Of a DNA stretch of 36,074 nt, positions 9,197-19,504 are shown piece by piece. The notes beneath the pieces were generated by a model, which saw only the letters and a list, made by a program, of their open reading frames with translations, was not told the origin of the DNA and ran no database searches. The position numbers and the translations under genes were made by a program. The stretch comes from a virus (taxonomy: Duplodnaviria > Caudoviricetes): IMG/VR virus record IMGVR_UViG_3300020044_002638, positions 1-36,074 of that record; one strand, 5' to 3'. Position 1 is the stretch's first letter. Every line of letters starts with the position of its first letter.

Positions 9197-9585
9197 TAGA
9201 CGACAGGCGTGTAGGTGTAAGCGCCGGACGATTGCAGCGATGCGCTGAATGTCGTGGCCTCGTTATATGTTGCGCCGATTTCAACCGAGGCCACAAAGAA
9301 GTCACCAGCGATGGTGCCAACGCCTGGGAATGTGATTTCCACATCCTCAATCAGGCCAGAAGAACCGGATGCCAATGCGATCAAAGCGCCGTCCTTGGTC
9401 ACGCCTTCAATGGTCATGTCCAAAGTCTTTGTGCCCGCGACAGACAGCATGGTGCGGAAGCCGCTGTCATCGTCAGAAGTGATGTCCACTGGTTCGTTGC
9501 CAATGGTGAATGATTTTGTGCGAGCGCCAGCCACGGTAGCGGCATTGACTTCAACAACAACAGTGCGACCAACAAAAGCAGCCAT
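9196..9585 (-). CDS. Major tail tube protein
   Basis: EPVDITSDDDSGFRTML and EATTFSASLQSSG motifs (TP901-1/GTA-type tube). Confidence 0.9.
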   Translation of the reverse strand: MAAFVGRTVVVEVNAATVAGARTKSFTIGNEPVDITSDDDSGFRTMLSVAGTKTLDMTIEGVTKDGALIALASGSSGLIEDVEITFPGVGTIAGDFFVASVEIGATYNEATTFSASLQSSGAYTYTPVV

Positions 9586-9587
9586 GA

Positions 9588-10052
9588 TTAAACCCCTTGT
9601 TCAGCGACCAAATAATGGCCTGATTCAGATTGCAGAAAAACCCCCGCCTCGGTGTTCAGGTATTGTTCAAGATACCCGTTTTCCTCAACGATCAAACGAA
9701 ACCGGATCACTCCGTGCCTCGTCAAGCCATCAGGGTCTAAGAATGATTCCTCAAACTCTGCGTGACATTCTACCAAGTGACCACCAGTGATGGTCAAGTT
9801 TGCGCGGTTCAGCGTGTGATACACCGAACGCATGATCTCTTTGACTTCTTTGCGGCCACGGTACTGCGACCAAACGTGGATGGTGCAAGTTGTCTCTGAC
9901 CCAACGGATTCATCGGTGTCAAATGGGATGCTTCGATCATCGCCAATGACAATGTAAGGATACGTTGTGACCTGTGGCACATCGTCAAATGTCGGATAGC
10001 CAATGGCCGCGACTGCATCGTAGATGGCGGTCTGGATTTCTTCTTGCATCAT
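9588..10052 (-). CDS. Tail terminator (DUF3168 family) with C-terminal extension
   Basis: FDDVPQ...YPYIVIG, IHVWS, DPDGLTRHGVIRFR motifs. Confidence 0.88.
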   Translation of the reverse strand: MMQEEIQTAIYDAVAAIGYPTFDDVPQVTTYPYIVIGDDRSIPFDTDESVGSETTCTIHVWSQYRGRKEVKEIMRSVYHTLNRANLTITGGHLVECHAEFEESFLDPDGLTRHGVIRFRLIVEENGYLEQYLNTEAGVFLQSESGHYLVAEQGV

Positions 10053-10489
10053 GGCGACAGCCCCTTGGATGCCTGCTCGGCAAGGTTTGCCAGTCGGCGA
10101 TTGAACTTCTCGCGCTCAGACTCAAGCGCAGGCTGAAGGAACGGGCGTGCGGCCATGTTGACCGTGCCAAATTCCAGCGGCGCGGCGTATTGCACGTTGG
10201 CCGATACTTCAGCAGTCAGGCCGGTAATGTCGGCCATGATTGACGATGCAAGCCGCCCAGTATCAGTTGCTGGCGCTTGGCCTGGCGATGATGCGCGGTG
10301 CGTGCGGCGCGGAGAATATTTCTCGTATTTCTTGCCGTTCTTTGGCCCGCCTTGAATTGAGCGAATGGCATTTGTCCGCACGTTCTGCGCAGTCGCCATG
10401 ACGATCTGAGCCAATGCCGCATCAGCTTGAGCACCGAACTGGCGAATGTTTGCGATCAATTGTTTGTCACCAGAGATGGTCATTTTCAT
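10049..10489 (-). CDS. HK97 gp10-family neck/tail completion protein
   Basis: ASSPGQAPATDTGRL, YAAPLEFGT..MAARPFLQPA motifs; ATGA-coupled start at 10489. Confidence 0.88.
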   Translation of the reverse strand: MKMTISGDKQLIANIRQFGAQADAALAQIVMATAQNVRTNAIRSIQGGPKNGKKYEKYSPRRTHRASSPGQAPATDTGRLASSIMADITGLTAEVSANVQYAAPLEFGTVNMAARPFLQPALESEREKFNRRLANLAEQASKGLSP

Positions 10490-10824
10490 GTCGCCACCCC
10501 TTGCAAGCACTGAAGCTCAAGCCAACGATTGCGCATCTCGACGTTGATGATGGCAATTATCTGCATGGGATTATTTCGCATAATCACCCGGTCAGATGGC
10601 AGCAGGTCTTCGCGGTATCGAATAAAGATGCGATGCGACACGCTGGCCTCGCGCTGCATCCCCATCAAATACTCACGGCCACTCAGCGGTCGGACATCGC
10701 CCTTGGTGTGGAACAGGTCAACCCAGTCCAAATCAGTGCCGCCCATGCCGTCAGATTGCGTTTGTCGGCGCTGGAAAACCAACGGCTCACGCAAAGCACC
10801 AGCAGACAAGTCGCAGCACTTCAA
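10486..10824 (-). CDS. Head closure protein (head-tail adaptor, SPP1 gp16-like)
   Basis: AGALRE...Q...DGMGG, PLSGRE, HRIFIRYR; likely TTG start overlapping upstream TGA, with GAGGTGG RBS. Confidence 0.85.
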   Translation of the reverse strand: MKCCDLSAGALREPLVFQRRQTQSDGMGGTDLDWVDLFHTKGDVRPLSGREYLMGMQREASVSHRIFIRYREDLLPSDRVIMRNNPMQIIAIINVEMRNRWLELQCLQGVAT

Positions 10825-11363
10825 ATCACCACCTCGACTTTGTAGGGGCGCAGCAAGTTGGCCGCACCAGACTTCTTGATGGCATCGTTGGCATCGCACT
10901 GTCCTCGATGCTCGTACATGAAGGCCGCGATCATCATGATGGCCGTCTTGATTGCCGTTGGCACGGATGCCATTCCAGCGTTGTAGGTGATCGTGATTTC
11001 AGATATGCCATCCCACCCGTCAATGCGAATCTTGGCTGGCCGTCCAGTGCTGACGATTTCCCAACAAAGCGATGCGCACGCGCTAGACACCGACAGCACG
11101 CTCACCAGCGCCGTAAATGGCAGTTCAAAGATGTTCGACTGGTAGCGCATTGGCGAGAGTTGCGCCTCGGCTCCAATGTTGTCGCCAATCTTCAAAACCC
11201 ATTTGCGCCGGGTCAGGTCTTGATTGATCCAGTAGATGGCCGAATCAGTCGCAGAAACAAGCATCCCATCCAGCAGCGGATCGGTTGCGTCAACTCCCAA
11301 AAATGCCGCCAATTCAGCGGCAGTGACGGGCGATACTGTCTCAGTCTGCGGTGTTGCTTGCAT
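10821..11363 (-). CDS. Head-tail connector (gp6/gp15-like)
   Basis: PVTAAELAAFLGVD, VPTAIKTAIMMIAAFMYEHR, LLRPYKV motifs. Confidence 0.85.
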   Translation of the reverse strand: MQATPQTETVSPVTAAELAAFLGVDATDPLLDGMLVSATDSAIYWINQDLTRRKWVLKIGDNIGAEAQLSPMRYQSNIFELPFTALVSVLSVSSACASLCWEIVSTGRPAKIRIDGWDGISEITITYNAGMASVPTAIKTAIMMIAAFMYEHRGQCDANDAIKKSGAANLLRPYKVEVVI

Positions 11364-11643
11364 CGTCTTTGCGTGGGCGACCACGGCGTTTTGTTTCTTG
11401 TGGGCCGGTCACTTTCGTGATCTCGGGGCCGCTGACCTTTTCAACTTTCGGCTCGATGACCTCGGTCACCATTTGGACTTCGCCTGTCATGCTGGAAACT
11501 GCGCGGGTAACGCTCACAGCCTGACCAAAATCAATGATGCCATTCACCGCCAATTGTCTTGCCATGTTGTCGTCGGCCTCAATCTGAGAGCCTTTGCGGC
11601 CAAGATGGCAATTCATTTTCAGAGTGTAAACAGTCATGGGCAA
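11341..11643 (-). CDS. Hypothetical protein after capsid gene
   Basis: 100-aa ORF ending KRRGRPRK; typical of small genes in this position. Confidence 0.7.
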   Translation of the reverse strand: MPMTVYTLKMNCHLGRKGSQIEADDNMARQLAVNGIIDFGQAVSVTRAVSSMTGEVQMVTEVIEPKVEKVSGPEITKVTGPQETKRRGRPRKDDASNTAD

Positions 11644-11649
11644 ACTTTC

Positions 11650-11683
11650 AAAAAATGGGGTGAGCCACCGTGGCCCACCCCGT
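11650..11683 (-). terminator. Intrinsic terminator after major capsid gene
   Basis: Minus strand GGGGTGGGCCA-CGG-TGGCTCACCCC followed by ATTTTTT. Confidence 0.85.
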
Positions 11684-11692
11684 TTCGCCTAA

Positions 11693-12925
11693 TTAGGCAG
11701 AGGCAACGTCAAACGAGCCTTTGGTGAAGGCTTTTGGCAGTTCGATACCAAAGCCGTAGCGCTCCTCAGCCAAGATGGCAACGCCGTTCTTGACGAAGTA
11801 ATCGCTGTGCGACTCGCTGACGCGAATGTCCATCTGCTCGCGGTCATAGATGGTTGCGCCCATGGTCCAGTCGCCCAACAAGAAGTCGCCTTGAGTCATT
11901 GCGTTGGACACGATGACGGGAACGCGCCACAGACGCTGTTCACCACCGTTGGGCACTGTCACCCAGATGTAGTGACCGTCGCTGCCCTTGGCTGTTTCCA
12001 AGGTTTCCCAGTCGATGGGGTTCACCACCAAGCCGTTGATGTTGTAATACTCAAACGTCTGGCACTTGGTGATGGCCGCGCGGATGTGATTCAACATGGC
12101 GCCAGGCAAATCGGCGTCGGTTGTGCCGGTGGCGATTTCGCCAACGGTGGACACGCCAGAATCAACCATCAGGCCGGTGAGGCTTTGGTTTGTGCCAGCG
12201 CCGTACAGCAACTGGGTGTCGCTGAGCAGGTTCAAGCCGTACATCAGCTTGGTGTCAACCAGACGCTGGAGCATTGGGGCGTCGGACAGCACTTGACGGC
12301 TGGCGGCGATCCAATGAGCCATGGTGCGAACGGGCACGGTGACCAATTCATATGTCAGGTTGGATTCAGCTTTGGACTGGAATTCACCTGCGCCAATGGC
12401 GGTCGAGGCCGAGCTAGGCTGCTGGGGTGCGCTGTTGTTTGTGAAAACGTTTTCGCGCATCACTTCAACGGCGTTGCTTGATGTTGGGATGCTGGTCAGC
12501 AGGTCGCGGATGAAGGCGGTGCGCTGAGCAGGAACAACCACATCGGCGCGGCGCTGAGGTTGCACCAAAGCACCAGCAGAAGCTGCCAAGTTTGACAAAG
12601 CCTTGTTCACGCGCACAGAGTCGGTGCCGTTGCTGCGGGCGTTTTTGTAGGCGTTGGATTCGACAAATTGCTGACCCAGAGATTTGGCTTCAGCAGCACC
12701 ACCAAATTGGCGTTGTGCAGCTTTTTCCATTTCAATGACGCGAGCGTCAATGCGATCCATGTCACCCTTGATGGTGTCCAGGCGCTCGGTGGCCGATGTC
12801 AAAGCCTTGCGGGTAGCCTCAGTGGCTTCGCCGTATTGCTTGATTTCGCTGTCACGCTTGGAAACGGCAGCAGTGATTTCGGACTTGACGGTGTCCAAGT
12901 GACCTTTGAGTTCGGAAATATCCAT
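11693..12925 (-). CDS. Major capsid protein, HK97 fold, with N-terminal delta domain
   Basis: SLGQQFVES, AHWIAASRQVLSDAPML, FVKNGVAILAEER; GGAG RBS before MDISE. Confidence 0.95.
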   Translation of the reverse strand: MDISELKGHLDTVKSEITAAVSKRDSEIKQYGEATEATRKALTSATERLDTIKGDMDRIDARVIEMEKAAQRQFGGAAEAKSLGQQFVESNAYKNARSNGTDSVRVNKALSNLAASAGALVQPQRRADVVVPAQRTAFIRDLLTSIPTSSNAVEVMRENVFTNNSAPQQPSSASTAIGAGEFQSKAESNLTYELVTVPVRTMAHWIAASRQVLSDAPMLQRLVDTKLMYGLNLLSDTQLLYGAGTNQSLTGLMVDSGVSTVGEIATGTTDADLPGAMLNHIRAAITKCQTFEYYNINGLVVNPIDWETLETAKGSDGHYIWVTVPNGGEQRLWRVPVIVSNAMTQGDFLLGDWTMGATIYDREQMDIRVSESHSDYFVKNGVAILAEERYGFGIELPKAFTKGSFDVASA

Positions 12926-12938
12926 GATTTTCTCCAGT

Positions 12939-13610
12939 TTAGATTCGGGCCAGATCGCCCAGTGCAGAATCAATCAAGCTCTTAACCTGATCGACAGACA
13001 ATGGCGGCTGTCCCTTGGATTGAGTGCCTTGCAGCGGCTCACCCTTCAACAGTGCCGTAATGCTGAACAACTCGTCCAGCAATTCTTTTTTGGCCTTTGC
13101 GTTCAGGTCATAACCCTCCGCAAATTGCCGCAGTTCTTTGAGCGTCTTTACGCCCGTGATGATGGCTTGGTCGTTTGCAGGCCATGTGACCAAGGAAAAC
13201 TCAAACAGCTTGCCTTCGTAGATGTGACGGATGCCAGACTGGTCATATTGCGACTTTCCGCCGGGAATGGAAAAGCCAACGCTCATGCGGTCAATCACGC
13301 CATCGCGCATCAACTCCAGCGCCTCGTCGCCTTGGCGGGTCTTGCTGATCTTGCCCTTGACCCAAAGACCCTTTGCGTCTTCGCGCATGTCAATCGGCAT
13401 ACCAATGGGCGAGTCGCTGCGATGCTGCCACAAAACCTTGATACGGCCAGAAGGGAAACCCTCTTTGATTGACTTGGCAAACGCGCCCTGCTCGATGATG
13501 TCATCATCGCTGTCGGTGTTGCCGTATGCAGCAGCGTAACCCTCGAACGTGCGTTCTTCGGCGTTCAGCGCGGCATCATCAAATTTTAGGCTTTTGAATT
13601 CCATATTCAT
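12939..13610 (-). CDS. HK97-family prohead protease
   Basis: FEGYAAAYGNTD..DDIIEQGAF, LWQH, MSVGF, EFSLVTWPAN motifs. Confidence 0.95.
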   Translation of the reverse strand: MNMEFKSLKFDDAALNAEERTFEGYAAAYGNTDSDDDIIEQGAFAKSIKEGFPSGRIKVLWQHRSDSPIGMPIDMREDAKGLWVKGKISKTRQGDEALELMRDGVIDRMSVGFSIPGGKSQYDQSGIRHIYEGKLFEFSLVTWPANDQAIITGVKTLKELRQFAEGYDLNAKAKKELLDELFSITALLKGEPLQGTQSKGQPPLSVDQVKSLIDSALGDLARI

Positions 13611-13625
13611 CCCTCACTTTTGCGA

Positions 13626-13653
13626 ATTATCGCATTGGTCTATGGCGTGTCAA
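13626..13653 (-). promoter_or_regulatory. Sigma70-like promoter for protease-capsid genes
   Basis: TTGACA-16 nt-GATAAT with TGn extended -10, in a 45-bp intergenic gap. Confidence 0.6.
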
Positions 13654-13655
13654 AC

Positions 13656-14438
13656 TTACTCAGTCAAATACACAACCGCGCAGCGGCAGTTGATGAGGTT
13701 TCCGGCGCTCGCGCTTGGGTCGCCAGGGAACATCAACTGCTCACCGCCAACATCAAACGCCTCATTCATGCCCACCACCTGCCCATCGGCATCTGCGTGG
13801 TCAAACTCGTCTGGCGGCGTTGTCCTGGTTCGCTCATCCTGCGCTGAAACCCACTCTTTTTGCATTTTGAGTCCGGTCAACTCAGCGCCTGTCTGCGCCC
13901 CATAGTTTGCGGCTGTGTGCGTTTCGGTTCGGGCAATGATGTTGGCTCGGGTTGCGGACATCGGCGCGGCATAGTCTCGAATGTTCTTTCCGATTTGCGC
14001 CACGCTCAGGCCTTCATCGTAGCCGTTGCGAATGACCGTGCGGATCTGGTTTTCCGTTGTGCGGTCAATCTGAGTCACGCGCCGCGCCACCCACTCAAGG
14101 ATGAAAGTCTCCAGTGCCCGGTTGAAAATGTCCATGATCCCGGCTTTGGTCACGTCCGCGCCATGATGCGACTTGGCTTCGGCCAGGATGCGCTTGCCAA
14201 AATACGATGCCACCGTGCGGTAGTTTGTCGCAAAGGCCTGCGCCATCGCCAGTTTTCGATCATCAATGGCTTGCGAGATGGCAAGCTCCCCGCGCTTTTC
14301 AAACGCATCGGCCACCTGGCGCACGGTCTTGGCAAGCTCAATGCGTAGGCGGTTTTCAAACTTTGCGCTCATGCGGGTTTGGATGGCGTCATCCATCGCC
14401 CGCTGGCGCTGTTTGTTTGATGGGTTGATTGCGCTCAT
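13656..14438 (-). CDS. Minor head protein, Mu gpF / SPP1 gp7 family
   Basis: RANIIARTET, KEWVSAQDERTR, PGDP...INCRC motifs. Confidence 0.9.
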   Translation of the reverse strand: MSAINPSNKQRQRAMDDAIQTRMSAKFENRLRIELAKTVRQVADAFEKRGELAISQAIDDRKLAMAQAFATNYRTVASYFGKRILAEAKSHHGADVTKAGIMDIFNRALETFILEWVARRVTQIDRTTENQIRTVIRNGYDEGLSVAQIGKNIRDYAAPMSATRANIIARTETHTAANYGAQTGAELTGLKMQKEWVSAQDERTRTTPPDEFDHADADGQVVGMNEAFDVGGEQLMFPGDPSASAGNLINCRCAVVYLTE

Positions 14439-15727
14439 TCTTTGCCGTAGGCCAGAGCCTTGAGCATTTCAGGCGACAGGCCGGACAGTTGCAGGTTGTC
14501 TTGCGCCGCGGTAAATCCTGCGGGCAACAAGCCGCCTTGCAAATATCCGATGTCGCCGCCCTCGATTGGTTCAACTCCCAACTTCAAAAGCTCGCTGATT
14601 GTGTTGAAAGGCACGCCCATATCAAACAGCTTTTTGGCCTCGTCCAGCTTCTTGGAGTAATCCTCGCGCAAGGCTTCAACGCCGCCCAAGTCGTAGTCGA
14701 TGTACCACTCAGGACCAAACTGCGCGGCCAATTGTGCGTTCAACTGCGAGCGGATCATGCGCAAAAGCGGCGTGATTGTGTCGGCCCAGAAAATCTTGCG
14801 GGCTGTCTCAATGTTTGCCAGGGTAGCGTTTTCCATGATGCCAACCATGACAGGCGGCACACCCATGGCAGAGCAAATCTCCTCCCAGACCTTGGCGCGG
14901 CTGTTCACAAAGTCCAGTTCAACGGCTGACTGATTCAGAGTCTTAATGTCACGGGTTGTAAAGAATGGAGCGCGGGCATTGTTGCTGCTGGCTTGCTTTT
15001 CTTTGTGCAACTCACGCAACCGGCTCATTTGCTCGGCTGTTGTCTCGGGGTCAATAATGATTGCGTAATCGCTGATGCCTCGGTTGTGCATTGAGTTCAG
15101 TTGCCATTGGCTTGACTCGCGGTCAACGTCCACGGCGCGGCCAGCGGCCTGGATTGTCGGCATCCCAAAAAGGAAGTCATTGGGGTTGACGGTCTTGACG
15201 TGCACCATGTCATCAGACTGGATGTCACGCGAGACACCGCCGTATTGGTAGCGGTATAGCTCAACAAGGCGCGTCTTGCCCGCCTGAATCTTGATTCCTT
15301 GAGGCAGCATCGGCCAAACCTCAACGGGCGCGTTTGCATTGCCAGCCCGGATCAGTGACCAGTACGAATTTCCAGCCAGGTCAATGTGCTGGCTCATGAG
15401 TTCGGTCATTTCTGACCAAGAAAAGTCAGGATTCGGATTGTCAATCAGCTTTTGCAGTGGAGATTCAGGCGCTTCAACCATCGTGCCATCGCGCTGCTTT
15501 TTCTTCGCCACCCATGGTATTTGGCCGACAGATTGAGCGCGGCGGTTGACGCAAGCGTAGAAGATGGCCGAGGCTTTCAAGCCCTGCTCAATCGCCACCT
15601 CTGTGTCCCACTTTTGAAACTGTGGAGCCGTGCGGCTCATGGTCATCAAAAGCTCAGGCAAAGTGACGGACTTCAACTCAACAGTTGGCGCGTTCTTGAA
15701 TCGTTTGAAAAAATTGAAATCCATCAT
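14435..15727 (-). CDS. Portal protein (HK97-like)
   Basis: YACVNRRA, NPNP, LAGNSY, ICSAMGVPPVMVG motifs; 430 aa. Confidence 0.93.
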   Translation of the reverse strand: MMDFNFFKRFKNAPTVELKSVTLPELLMTMSRTAPQFQKWDTEVAIEQGLKASAIFYACVNRRAQSVGQIPWVAKKKQRDGTMVEAPESPLQKLIDNPNPDFSWSEMTELMSQHIDLAGNSYWSLIRAGNANAPVEVWPMLPQGIKIQAGKTRLVELYRYQYGGVSRDIQSDDMVHVKTVNPNDFLFGMPTIQAAGRAVDVDRESSQWQLNSMHNRGISDYAIIIDPETTAEQMSRLRELHKEKQASSNNARAPFFTTRDIKTLNQSAVELDFVNSRAKVWEEICSAMGVPPVMVGIMENATLANIETARKIFWADTITPLLRMIRSQLNAQLAAQFGPEWYIDYDLGGVEALREDYSKKLDEAKKLFDMGVPFNTISELLKLGVEPIEGGDIGYLQGGLLPAGFTAAQDNLQLSGLSPEMLKALAYGKE

Positions 15728-15733
15728 GGTTCC

Positions 15734-17854
15734 TTAAAACACTTTTGTCGAGCCGTAGTAAACAGCAGAAACGGCAGCGCTTCCAAATCGAATGTTGGTG
15801 ATATTCGTTGCGCCATAGTATATGGTCGAGGCTGGCGCGGCAATTTGACCATTGATGTAGCTGATGGACAAATAGTCGTTACTGCCCGCCGTGAAGCTCA
15901 GGCCGGTGTTGTTGCCTGCATCAGTGGAGTTTGCGCCTACGTTCCATGCGCTGGGCCTCTTCAGGATCGCTTGTGTCGTGTTGGTCGAGCCAAGCTGCAA
16001 CAGGTTGCCCAATGCGCCGCTGATTGTGAAGCTGGTGAACTCGTTAGTCGTACCGCCGGTGAACTGAATGCGGCCAATGGCTGTGTTGGTCAGCCCTGCG
16101 AACTTGTTGGAGCCTGTGACGGTTAGCGTACCCGTGCCGCCTTGGTTCAGCGTTGGGTAGGTCTGGATGCCGCCGCCCTGAAACGATTTTGCGGAAGCAC
16201 TTGTCAGGCTGATTGTGCCTGTGCCTGTGACGGTGAGATTTGTAGATGTTGAAGTGTTCCAACCCACACCACCCGTAGCAGCACCAGCAATAGTCCATGT
16301 ACCAGAACCGACTGCAATTGTTCTGGTGTTGCTGCTTGTGCTGACAAAAGAAGAACCGCTTCCACTTAAGGTTACGTTGTAAGTGTTCGCATCAAGTGTT
16401 CCAGACGTAAGCGTTATAGCGCCCGCGTTGCTTCTGTTTGTTGTGAAAGCATCCTGCAAAGTCACAGAACCGCCTGTAGTGTCAACAGTAACCGCTTGAG
16501 TAAATGTAATCCCTGCACTTGTAATCGTCTGACTGCCACGACCTGCAAACGTCAGAACACCACTCCCCGACAGCGTAGTGCCAGTACCGTTAATCCAGTT
16601 GCCGTAGATTGCTGGTGTGGTCGAGCCTGTCGCCAGCGTCATGGTGTTGCTGGTACGGGCAGACATGTCAATTGTGCCAATGTTGTAGGCGGCGTTGATG
16701 GTGACAATTTTTCCTGTAGGCAGAACAGCGTTGTCGATTACCGCCGTATCCTGAGCCAAAGGGAAAGCACTGTAAGTCGTGGAGCCGCCAGATGTAAGAC
16801 CCCAAGTTAAAGCCCCCCAGTTTGAACTATCAACAAAACACCAATACACCGTCTTAGCCGCATCAAACGTAATCCCGCTGTTGCCTTTGCAGTCACCCAA
16901 GCGAGTACCAGACACAGGAGCAGCAGCACCAGCAATGGTGATGTCACGGAAGTCAATGTCTGTTGCAGTTACAGCAGCACAGGTCAGGGTTCTGGTTGTG
17001 CCAATAGTGTCAGAGCGAACAAACGTCCGCATCGTTGCGTTGGTTCCTGCGGAAAGCGTCAGAGTGCCATTGATGGTTTGGTCTGCGTCAATTCGCAAGT
17101 TTGCTACGCCTGCTGATGATCTACCCGCAACTGATAGATTGTTAAATGTACAAGGGCCTTGAATAGAAGCAAGACTAATGGCGGTATTTGTCCATGAAAC
17201 ATTGTAGAAAGTGACACCAGTTGCGCCTGGAGCAATATTTCCAGATGCGTTTGTTACTATGATTGATGATGTGCCAGCATTAAATGTCAAATTTGTATTG
17301 GTTGTGAACGCAAGAGGACTGGTGGCGCTCAACGTCACCGTACTGCCACCTAGATTGATTGTGCGGACGTTGCTGTTGTTGGACGACAGGGATGTGGCAG
17401 TAACAGCGTAGTTGTTGGTGGTGAAGGTTCCTGCGGTTACAGTTAAGGCTCCAGAAGATGTCAACGCATCCCCAAGAGTTACGGTTAAACCGCTGGCGTT
17501 TGCAGTAATTGGGCCAAGCGTTTTGCCTGCGGAAGTCAATGTCCCCGTCCCAGTTATCGACATAGTGCCGGAATAGGTCGTTGTCATTCCTGCAACAAAA
17601 GTGACACTTCCAGATACCGTCGAATTGGTTGATCCTGCAAAGGTTCCAGTAAACCCGGTAAAGTTAAGACTTTTTGCATTTGCCGCAACGGTTGCAACAG
17701 TCACCGTCACCGCACCAGACGCAGCAGTGAAGAAAACGTCATCGGAAGTAGTTGGCACAGCAGCACCACCAGCACCCCCGTCAGTGGTGGCCCACTTAGT
17801 TCCGGCAGTACCGTTCCATGTGTTAGTCCCGCCAACCCAATAGCGATCAGCCAT
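15734..17854 (-). CDS. Large Thr/Gly-rich beta-solenoid-like virion fibre / adhesin
   Basis: 706 aa, two internal domains starting RYWVGGT..W and VYWCFV...W; T/G/S-rich. Confidence 0.65.
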   Translation of the reverse strand: MADRYWVGGTNTWNGTAGTKWATTDGGAGGAAVPTTSDDVFFTAASGAVTVTVATVAANAKSLNFTGFTGTFAGSTNSTVSGSVTFVAGMTTTYSGTMSITGTGTLTSAGKTLGPITANASGLTVTLGDALTSSGALTVTAGTFTTNNYAVTATSLSSNNSNVRTINLGGSTVTLSATSPLAFTTNTNLTFNAGTSSIIVTNASGNIAPGATGVTFYNVSWTNTAISLASIQGPCTFNNLSVAGRSSAGVANLRIDADQTINGTLTLSAGTNATMRTFVRSDTIGTTRTLTCAAVTATDIDFRDITIAGAAAPVSGTRLGDCKGNSGITFDAAKTVYWCFVDSSNWGALTWGLTSGGSTTYSAFPLAQDTAVIDNAVLPTGKIVTINAAYNIGTIDMSARTSNTMTLATGSTTPAIYGNWINGTGTTLSGSGVLTFAGRGSQTITSAGITFTQAVTVDTTGGSVTLQDAFTTNRSNAGAITLTSGTLDANTYNVTLSGSGSSFVSTSSNTRTIAVGSGTWTIAGAATGGVGWNTSTSTNLTVTGTGTISLTSASAKSFQGGGIQTYPTLNQGGTGTLTVTGSNKFAGLTNTAIGRIQFTGGTTNEFTSFTISGALGNLLQLGSTNTTQAILKRPSAWNVGANSTDAGNNTGLSFTAGSNDYLSISYINGQIAAPASTIYYGATNITNIRFGSAAVSAVYYGSTKVF

Positions 17855-17856
17855 AT

Positions 17857-18039
17857 TTACACCTCCTCAGTTGGAGGCACTTCTTCCGCAGGAGGAGCAG
17901 TCACCACGGCAATCCAGTTGTCGCGGCGCTCGGCCTTCATCGCCTCGATCTGATCGTCGGTTAGGCCATGAGCGTCAGCCAGATGCAAGGCATCACGGAA
18001 CAGGCCGTGTGGGGTTTGAAATTCAAAGTCGATCTTCAT
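17857..18039 (-). CDS. Small hypothetical protein (possible fibre chaperone)
   Basis: 60-aa ORF, ATGA-coupled to collagen gene. Confidence 0.7.
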   Translation of the reverse strand: MKIDFEFQTPHGLFRDALHLADAHGLTDDQIEAMKAERRDNWIAVVTAPPAEEVPPTEEV

Positions 18040-19151
18040 GGCGTGACGATGTAAAGAGTTGTTGCGTCAGGGCTTCCAGGCAGTGCGGACACCACTTCAA
18101 CTTTGGTCAGTCCGCCCGCAAAAAGAGTGGCCCATGTTGTGTCGTAATCCGTTCCGCTGGCCTTGACCAACGCCTGGCCGGTTGTGCCGCCAGCGGCAAC
18201 GCCTGGGCCTGTTGCTCCAGTTGCGCCCGTGGCCCCAGTCGCCCCGGTTGCACCCGTAGCGCCAGTTTCGCCCTGAATCCCTTGGATGCCTTGCGGCCCC
18301 TGCGGCCCGGCTTCTCCTTGGATGCCCTGCTCGCCTTGAGGGCCGACCAAGGATGCCAGCCACTGAGCCTCGGTGCCGACGAATCCGTTTGCGACCGCAA
18401 CTTCATAAGCCGAGTCGCCGTCCGCACCGGTTGCGCCAGTTGCTCCTGTTTCGCCTTGGACTCCCTGAATCCCTTGTGGGCCTTGCGGGCCTGTCTCGCC
18501 TTGGATGCCTTGCGGGCCGACAAGCGAATCAAGCCATTCTGCTTCAGTGCCGACAAATCCATTTGCCACTGCGACCTCATAGGCAGAATCACCGTCAGCG
18601 CCTGTTGCACCCGTGGCACCCGTGGCACCTGTTGCGCCAGTGGCTCCTTGAATCCCCTGGATTCCTTGTGGGCCTTGCGGGCCTTGCGGGCCGGTTTCGC
18701 CTTGAATTCCTTGCGGGCCTTGATCGCCTGTGTCGCCTTTAATGCCCTGGATGCCCTGCGGCCCTTGATCGCCTGTGTCGCCCTTTGGCCCAGTTGCGCC
18801 GGTTGCACCGGTTGCACCGGTTGCACCGATTGCGCCGGTTGCGCCTGTTGCACCTTGTACGCCCTGAATACCTTGCGGGCCTTGGGGGCCAGTTGGGCCA
18901 GTCAAATCACTGGTAATAACCGATTGACCATCGCCGTAAAAAACAGTCAGCGTGCCATCGCCATTGTCTTCAACATTGGTAATGCCTGGGCCTTCTGGGC
19001 CTTGAGGGCCTGCGCCAATGATCTCAATGGTTTGCGCCACTTCCTCAGTGACAACAACAGTTCCATCCTCAGTGATGACAATTTGATCTGTAATTGTTTG
19101 ACCATCAACAACTACGCTGCCGTTTTGTGTGACGACAACCACATCATTCAT
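18036..19151 (-). CDS. Collagen-like fibre protein
   Basis: Long Gly-X-Y tracts, two [20 protein letters not shown] interruptions, C-terminal [13 protein letters not shown]. Confidence 0.9.
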   Translation of the reverse strand: MNDVVVVTQNGSVVVDGQTITDQIVITEDGTVVVTEEVAQTIEIIGAGPQGPEGPGITNVEDNGDGTLTVFYGDGQSVITSDLTGPTGPQGPQGIQGVQGATGATGAIGATGATGATGATGPKGDTGDQGPQGIQGIKGDTGDQGPQGIQGETGPQGPQGPQGIQGIQGATGATGATGATGATGADGDSAYEVAVANGFVGTEAEWLDSLVGPQGIQGETGPQGPQGIQGVQGETGATGATGADGDSAYEVAVANGFVGTEAQWLASLVGPQGEQGIQGEAGPQGPQGIQGIQGETGATGATGATGATGATGATGPGVAAGGTTGQALVKASGTDYDTTWATLFAGGLTKVEVVSALPGSPDATTLYIVTP

Positions 19152-19495
19152 CGCGTCACCTCGCGCTCAAACGTCACTGCGCCATACAGGATGGCCGTGA
19201 CAAAGCCGCTGGATGACTCAAGCTCCAAGTCGTAAACGCCGCATCCGGCAGTGATTGCGGCGGTGGTGTCTGCGTCGATCTCCAAAACAATCGTGCCAGC
19301 CACGCCTCCAAGAGTGATCCTGTCGTTCTCCGTTGTCAGTTCAACGATGACGTCAGGATTGCAAACGCCTTGGCGAATCTGCATCCGTGCGATGTAGCCT
19401 GTCAGGTCAACTGGCACGCCTTCGGAATCTTTCCAGACAAGGTTTTGCAGGAATGTCGAACCCTGCCGAATGGTGATGTCGTATTCTGCTGCCAT
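19148..19495 (-). CDS. Fibre adaptor / collar protein (beta-sandwich, BppU/LtfC-like)
   Basis: [34 protein letters not shown] motifs. Confidence 0.7.
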   Translation of the reverse strand: MAAEYDITIRQGSTFLQNLVWKDSEGVPVDLTGYIARMQIRQGVCNPDVIVELTTENDRITLGGVAGTIVLEIDADTTAAITAGCGVYDLELESSSGFVTAILYGAVTFEREVTR

Positions 19496-19504
19496 GTTTT
19501 CCCC

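Noticed and set aside
17871-19235. 454-aa plus-strand ORF and the alternative-frame ORF 18107-18853
   Set aside because: Shadows of GC-rich collagen codons; no motifs or RBS
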